The notes under the pieces: model-generated
Databases searched by the model: none
The model's input: the letters and a program-made list of their open reading frames with translations, nothing else
What the model was told of the DNA's origin: nothing
Virus record (IMG/VR): IMGVR_UViG_3300020352_000007
Location: 1-40,794 of that record
Direction: 5' to 3' (one strand)
From: a virus
Lineage: Duplodnaviria; Caudoviricetes
Length of the DNA stretch: 40,794 nucleotides
Part shown: piece by piece, positions 37,201-40,794 of the stretch
Numbering within the stretch: position 1 is the first letter of the stretch
Layout of the letters: every line of letters starts with the position of its first letter
Program-made: the position numbers and the translations under genes

Positions 37201-39568
37201 AGCTTTTGGTGTAACTAATTTTTCTCCAGATCTACAAGTTGAAGAAAGAAGTAGAGATAACATGACACATGAATGGTTCTACATGGATAAAGTGCCAAAG
37301 TACATTAAGTATAACGAACTTAACGATACTTTTAGTTATATTAATTTTATAGAAGGTTTTGAATTAACACCGGAGTTGTTTAAATCTACTAATTTTAATT
37401 ATTTTGATAGGTTTATGATTTCTGATGGTTTTGAAAAAACACTAAATACGGAAGACTTTAGAGAAATAGATCCAAATATAGGAATAGATGATTTAACCAG
37501 ATTAAAGGGTGAAATTAATACATTCTTTAAAACTGAATTAAAAAAGAAATATTCTTTAATTAATGATGGAAGTGAGATATCGTTTGCGAACACTATATTT
37601 AAGGGTATTAATGTAGAATTTAGAAAAAGAAAATCATTAGAAAACACATTAGATTTTGTTAAAGACACAGAATTTAATGGATATAAATTTAGTATTTTAC
37701 TTAAACATGACACAGATGTTCAGCAAAATAGTATAGAGTATGAAATAATCCAAAATAAAAAATATGAATTTGTTTTAATTTATATAAATCTAAATATTAG
37801 TGATTTTTGGATAGATGATAATTTTAATAGAAAAATGCTATATGAAATAAAGCATAAGTTAGTATATGACTCTGATAAATCAGATTATGTATATGCCAAT
37901 ACAACGTTCGGTGGTAGTTTTAACTTTAACTCAGCTGATTGGAGTAATACAAATGGACCTTATGTTATTAATGGAATTCAACATTCTAATGGTAGTTTAC
38001 CTAATTATGAAACACAAATAGCAGTAAACGAAGAAGGTTTATATGGAGATATTTTAATAGATTTAAATCCATTAGATCCATCTTCTACTAAATACAAAAT
38101 GTCTATAGTAGAAATTGATAGTGAAACACAAATACAAGTGGCTAGTAAACCAGTCAATGTTGATGATCCTACAGATTTTTTAGATGTAGAGTATTTGCCA
38201 AACAATATACAGCTTACAGCTACATATGAATATGTAAATGGTGGTACTAACATGCATCAAGTATTATTAGAAAAATTATCAATTGGTAATTTTACAGAAA
38301 TATTAAATACTGATAATGAAGAAATTAAATATATCACGGTTGAAGAAGATGGTCAGATTTTAGAAAATCAGTTTGTGTTAAGATTTTTCGACGGTAAAGA
38401 ATTTGCTAAAAAAGCAACACTTACAGTTGAAGAAGACGATGATAAACCTAAATCATTTAAATTATCTAAAGGTAATATTGGTTTTAATTTGTTTGAGTCC
38501 AAAGAAGCATCATATTATCCGTTTTTAATTAGACATAGTGGAAAATATACTGTAAATTTAAAACCTGTAATTACATTTACAGACACTTACACTCATTTTA
38601 AATCTAATAGATTACACACAACAATAGATAACAGAGAACTGAATTTAGAAGAATTTTTATATAAACATAGTTTAGTAGATGTAGAAGAATTAAACTTGGC
38701 TAAATTCTATTATAGAAAATATAACAGATGTGGTACTTCATTTAATTTAAATTTCATACAAGATAATAAACAACATGACGCTAATTGGGGTGTTATTAAA
38801 AATCATTTTTATCATAAAGTAAATGAATTAAACCCACTTGGTGTTACTAAGCTTTCTGTTTCAACTGAAAAATTACCTTTATATCCGTTAATTGGAGAAA
38901 TAGCAATAGATAAAAAAAATGTCAATGTATTTAGATCTTCTTGGGATTCTAATTATTTTATTAGATCATTAAAGGGTGGTAGTTTTGAAAGATTACCTGG
39001 AACTATAGATACTTCAGAAGAAAGATCATATATGGCTTCTACTATTATGAAACCCAAAGACGGTTATACTCTTTTATCATATTCTACATATAGAGTTAAA
39101 ACTCAACAACACATGGATGAGATTTTAAAAAATGATAACAATAAAACAGAAACAGTAATATATGAAAACGAAAAATCTATAATTATTGATTTTTATGTCG
39201 CAGACGTTTTAAAAAGAATCATAAGCGAAGATGGTGTATTATCTTCAATTTCTAAATATGTGACACCTTCTAATTCTGCTGGTGATAAAACAACAATAGA
39301 AGACGATGCACTATTATACGTTAAAAATAACTTACTTAAGCAATATATCATAGACTCTATATTTGTATATTCTAAGAAGAAAAAAGGAGAACAATCAAAC
39401 CTAATAAGTGTTGATAGTGTAGATGAATTATCAATAGGAGGATATTCTAATGATAATAATTTTAGATATAAACAGCATAAACAAAAGCCTATGAATTTTA
39501 GGTTGATATATAGTAAAAGAAGAGGATATTCTTACGATATCAAAACAATGTTAAAAATAAAGTCATAA
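31238..39568 (+). CDS. Giant (2776 aa) virion protein: N-terminal Ig-like/adhesin array fused to a large structural core
   Basis: DUF5011-like DTTPPEITIVG..TYID.G..IDTSVPGTHTITYTATD, Calx-beta-like SVDEG..VTADN..EGDETLT, and cadherin/Big_9-like YTYTPDSTFDGQDTFTVVVSDG. Composition shifts to K/N/I/F-rich near 34565. Confidence 0.75.
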   Translation: MATNIHIINTGFSTAILALKNEPIDESSVQALELWYDSATTFGNTTVLFVDEDLTTVFDGGSNFYPENNLAQSFKVSGVGVVSDVYANQMPSITLSQSFIEVEAEVAGTVFNAAPSEEYTDDAWGTDDIVAGQVANEDQNPATDIDTSGVIMNVLGTYPIEYSINDGYNNLVASMDVIVIDTTPPEITIVGPLTVNLLVGETYIDDGIVVEDIVSDVADITTTVNPSTIDTSVPGTHTITYTATDEEGNEADNDQKTVIVSAATYSVVLDPSSSVDEGSSFTATFSATTASTGPFSYEITGVDSADINVPITNTFSLDSNGEYVLVINVTADNSILEGDETLTISFFDEGGTQWPTSEASASIVINDTSALLAPSANDNQTVPVPYETLTPFSYDVTGATTYQVTIDTAPTYGTITAVQSASGLDATYMPNAGVFNQSDVVTYTVSANGQTDTGQITFNISAIPNVPPVITNGASFANGTCNQLNSYSFDVIANDPDNQANSSSPSTLTYSVSGGNTTTNDGTITITGNSYTYTPDSTFDGQDTFTVVVSDGQDTAEQIVNVLVLELAYVEIYGTAFDGSTSTVCELEREFTYYMSSLVVSTIDDIAQGQTVYVDIDLTTPVTTNTSVPLISVEINENDAPKILGISPAGIINSVVPCSAPLVATSTDLIYGSGDTQYCNNLTENITVYYIWNGTGQDINLDENGNGLTIPDPNNGLPANATIEQLTTLASIDPTFKIFSSQAALNDYAAGLNDELIGLIPAGIYANTIESTYAKTGATNNWQYNIENQSYLFACPIPVVYITRKVSGVTLVSANGSASEWEYCTGTKTPVDVWYRASEDEVNLPGGGIQPAWNLEQIAQNGRAIYTTEGGATYEDISLLFESNTIGNETSYLVWENDGDGSNYRWYGFNPSSGSYMLAENTLATYGQCEFDDTTIITDSEFLIPANPGNLLDKNTYYAFLACEPLLDDTDWYWPVYVIDGLHEDSEDSTSHIKDFIESTSGLPNWCFSSPAINCLQYKHKIVAENSTDAVNKLKSNANLPYDTFGKYRLIEIDSRELGLTSESVIKIYDSSTQSSSTSQTKCELCANDFSDSDNEGISTYQFPILLDFMSTNNGPNFDIETNYNLDNVSKPLLRTNPKLSTNVKLVVNSRDILYLESIDADKTLSDVKYKKFPVSADGEYSYDVSKFFKNNPTTNEVIFATKRKNSDTAVLDSYNKQIEEDYHYGTTYNYSKLHSESLRIFAPIWLDENLPKKFVIFRTSDPNGSTNFKDSGNDKIAMINEIVKNSQIVKTFDLSENSNIGKYLRTHVQQEKFPKSPLTFSFEKEEQSFFNGIDLKKGGFTSKGEFLYRDFILKDKTLIESNDLITDGFKRNNIACANLINLEFLFEDDSASDYSINRYFGLYVDDIDSGSGEIAKIDRNIITFQNLNSYIDVNNSSSAIPPNKLLLSTPTLGYVNVADSYYKISNKGYYDNTNKEVLISTDKDDIADKIGIRSVNKTIDILNNENSGYDFIKLEIIESPETNDSFAIVDSREEAYSFLFIKRTAGEELTINMTDGTKEYSMSFNVGATWELTKNALNEVFYAIDENGDPIPGVEPDYISNFLILDIEDDREIFYLTEKKANLGELDMNLTGALSNIVRIDKIQSNVQLSNNTFRATYDLEAGKIEGKEFSNQGTLSQIAAAIANVINNYRENKFSAWSVGSSVYIKNDIPGYRLLQQSFLIKRSNVSNFIYTENVDIDGEKLALRKRESWTEIDNLVILDSWKAHYLSGGNSAEKSVFVSNETVSQINIGDYIETGYRNTYNQVIDIVEDIETPSSEYSKIILKDKNTISNGDATVFNEQSVNIGLFSSYDIYDMDFDFYDTSNSELKELNLETRERMLYEPYENAINSIDPITGQATTELDASTIVNDDFGLEPLNYFTNLSPVLKEESSEEESPTNITSEYDRLQENYTKEYAINSRIVPNINKWVLKDSVTVREKPYFLNANEAFGVTNFSPDLQVEERSRDNMTHEWFYMDKVPKYIKYNELNDTFSYINFIEGFELTPELFKSTNFNYFDRFMISDGFEKTLNTEDFREIDPNIGIDDLTRLKGEINTFFKTELKKKYSLINDGSEISFANTIFKGINVEFRKRKSLENTLDFVKDTEFNGYKFSILLKHDTDVQQNSIEYEIIQNKKYEFVLIYINLNISDFWIDDNFNRKMLYEIKHKLVYDSDKSDYVYANTTFGGSFNFNSADWSNTNGPYVINGIQHSNGSLPNYETQIAVNEEGLYGDILIDLNPLDPSSTKYKMSIVEIDSETQIQVASKPVNVDDPTDFLDVEYLPNNIQLTATYEYVNGGTNMHQVLLEKLSIGNFTEILNTDNEEIKYITVEEDGQILENQFVLRFFDGKEFAKKATLTVEEDDDKPKSFKLSKGNIGFNLFESKEASYYPFLIRHSGKYTVNLKPVITFTDTYTHFKSNRLHTTIDNRELNLEEFLYKHSLVDVEELNLAKFYYRKYNRCGTSFNLNFIQDNKQHDANWGVIKNHFYHKVNELNPLGVTKLSVSTEKLPLYPLIGEIAIDKKNVNVFRSSWDSNYFIRSLKGGSFERLPGTIDTSEERSYMASTIMKPKDGYTLLSYSTYRVKTQQHMDEILKNDNNKTETVIYENEKSIIIDFYVADVLKRIISEDGVLSSISKYVTPSNSAGDKTTIEDDALLYVKNNLLKQYIIDSIFVYSKKKKGEQSNLISVDSVDELSIGGYSNDNNFRYKQHKQKPMNFRLIYSKRRGYSYDIKTMLKIKS

Positions 39569-39569
39569 C

Positions 39570-40794
39570 ATGGCAATCAATATTCAAGAAATACTACATC
39601 CGAGCGATTCTAGTTCTATTAAGTTTGAAAAAATAAACTATAATTTCGATCAAATATTGGCTCACGGTGGTGGACCACAAGGCCCGAGGGGGTTTAAGGG
39701 TACACAGGGTTTACCAGGAGAAACTGGTCAAAAGGGAGAAAAAGGAGATCTAGGACCAGAAGGATTAAAAGGAGAAGAAGGAACATCTGATAGTCCATGG
39801 TATTCAATTAATGTTGATTTAGATGCAGATTCATCTACAACTACAGATACATATGCAATTTTAAAACCTAAAGTAAATGGATTTGGATATAATCCAATTG
39901 TTTGGTTAGGCGATGATTTATTTATAGAAGATTTACAAAACGGGGATATTTCTACTAATGCTAAATTAACTATAGCTAAAAGTGGCATCTTTGATAATTA
40001 TTTAAAACTAGTGCACACTGGAACAAATACATCTAAACTTGTAATAACATCAAGTGATGATGGCATATATTCTGAGTTTGCTATACAAAATGATTTTGGA
40101 AGCCCAGATGTTTCAGTTAAATTAAATGTAGATAAAATATCTTTAGAGGCTTCTACGTCCAGTATAAACATGAGAGGTATTGATATCAATCTAACATCTC
40201 TTGTTAATTCTAATATAAAATTTAATACATTAGGTTCAGGTATTTTTGATGTTGATATTAATACAGAATTTAAAGGTTATTTAAATTTACCAACCGGTGT
40301 TACTGCAAATAGGCCGGCTAATCCATCAATTGGAATGATATTTTTTAACTCTGAATTAGACATTACAGAAGTGTATTATGCTAACGAAGGTGTAGGTGAA
40401 TGGAGAGAATTATGTACAACATGTGGAGAAGTTCAACCTGCAACAATTGGAATATCTGGCGGTGATATAAATGCAAACGCAGATGGAACTCCAGTACAGC
40501 AATCATTATCGCTTATTGGTGGTAATTATGACGCTAATCCAGATGGGTCAGAAGTAGAAGATTCTATTACTACAACATATACTTTTGAAGGTGATTATTC
40601 AGATGGAGAAGGATTTTCATATACAGGATTTAGTATGGTAATAACTGGAGACAACTATAATAATGCTGACAACGATCCCGCAGATGAATTTATAGATGCT
40701 GGAGATTCAGGAGGAGGCGGAGGAGGCCCAACACCAACACCAACACCAACACCAACGACAAGTTACTTTCTAGAAGATCCGGCTGACGAGATAA
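39570..40794 (+). CDS. 3'-truncated collagen-containing tail-fibre-like protein (absent from the ORF track)
   Basis: ATG at 39570, frame open to the window end. MAINIQEILHPSDSSSIKFEKINYNFDQIL, G-X-Y run GPQGPRGFKGTQGLPGETGQKGEKGDLGPEGLKGEEG, LPTGVTANRPANPSIGMIFFN fibre motif, then GGGGGG-PTPTPTPT. Confidence 0.85.
   Translation, partial: MAINIQEILHPSDSSSIKFEKINYNFDQILAHGGGPQGPRGFKGTQGLPGETGQKGEKGDLGPEGLKGEEGTSDSPWYSINVDLDADSSTTTDTYAILKPKVNGFGYNPIVWLGDDLFIEDLQNGDISTNAKLTIAKSGIFDNYLKLVHTGTNTSKLVITSSDDGIYSEFAIQNDFGSPDVSVKLNVDKISLEASTSSINMRGIDINLTSLVNSNIKFNTLGSGIFDVDINTEFKGYLNLPTGVTANRPANPSIGMIFFNSELDITEVYYANEGVGEWRELCTTCGEVQPATIGISGGDINANADGTPVQQSLSLIGGNYDANPDGSEVEDSITTTYTFEGDYSDGEGFSYTGFSMVITGDNYNNADNDPADEFIDAGDSGGGGGGPTPTPTPTPTTSYFLEDPADEI

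Larger units (their letters stand above)
1..40794 (+). mobile_element. Segment of a large contractile-tailed (myovirus-like, probably jumbo) bacteriophage genome: virion/baseplate module plus a short DNA-metabolism block
   Basis: Co-oriented, tightly packed genes with recognisable neck (gp13-like), gp25, gp6, gp53/LysM, spike and collagen-fibre motifs. Very large virion proteins and no cellular housekeeping operon context. Confidence 0.9.

Noticed and set aside
31238-39568. Tape-measure protein or intein-containing call for the giant ORF
   Set aside because: The sequence is beta/Ig-rich rather than long Ala/Gly helical repeats, and no intein splice or homing endonuclease motifs were recognised.
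327-40189. All minus-strand ORFs and the nested plus-strand 1154..1336 ORF in the track (e.g. poly-Ser 1995..2339, GVGV-rich 11569..11847)
   Set aside because: They lie opposite or within long, motif-bearing + strand genes and mirror their low-complexity codons, so they are shadow ORFs.

Overview
This AT-rich window (roughly 30% GC by eye) is densely coded, and every credible gene lies on the + strand. It reads as part of a large (jumbo-type) contractile-tailed phage genome, with a Bacteroidota host inferred from Shine-Dalgarno-less A-rich starts and a Bacteroidota-like bS1 N-terminus. It opens inside a GTS/collagen-repeat fibre-like gene that is open from base 1. An acidic protein follows, then a non-structural block (dCMP deaminase, DinG/XPD-type Fe-S helicase, six small unknown genes). 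A long virion module comes next: tube-fold proteins, LysM/gp53-like wedge, hub, HxH-tipped spike, gp13-like neck, gp25- and gp6-like wedge subunits, further large structural proteins, a 2776-aa Ig-rich giant protein, and a collagen-containing fibre gene running off the end. The most striking element is a two-gene insert inside the virion module: ribosomal protein bS1 plus an amidoligase fused to a Cys-ladder beta-helix. Each of these genes is preceded by the same GATATATA motif found upstream of structural genes, and the motif often sits inside a hairpin next to the start codon. No tRNA, rRNA, CRISPR array, integrase or transposase was seen. All family calls come from motif recognition by eye, not database searches.
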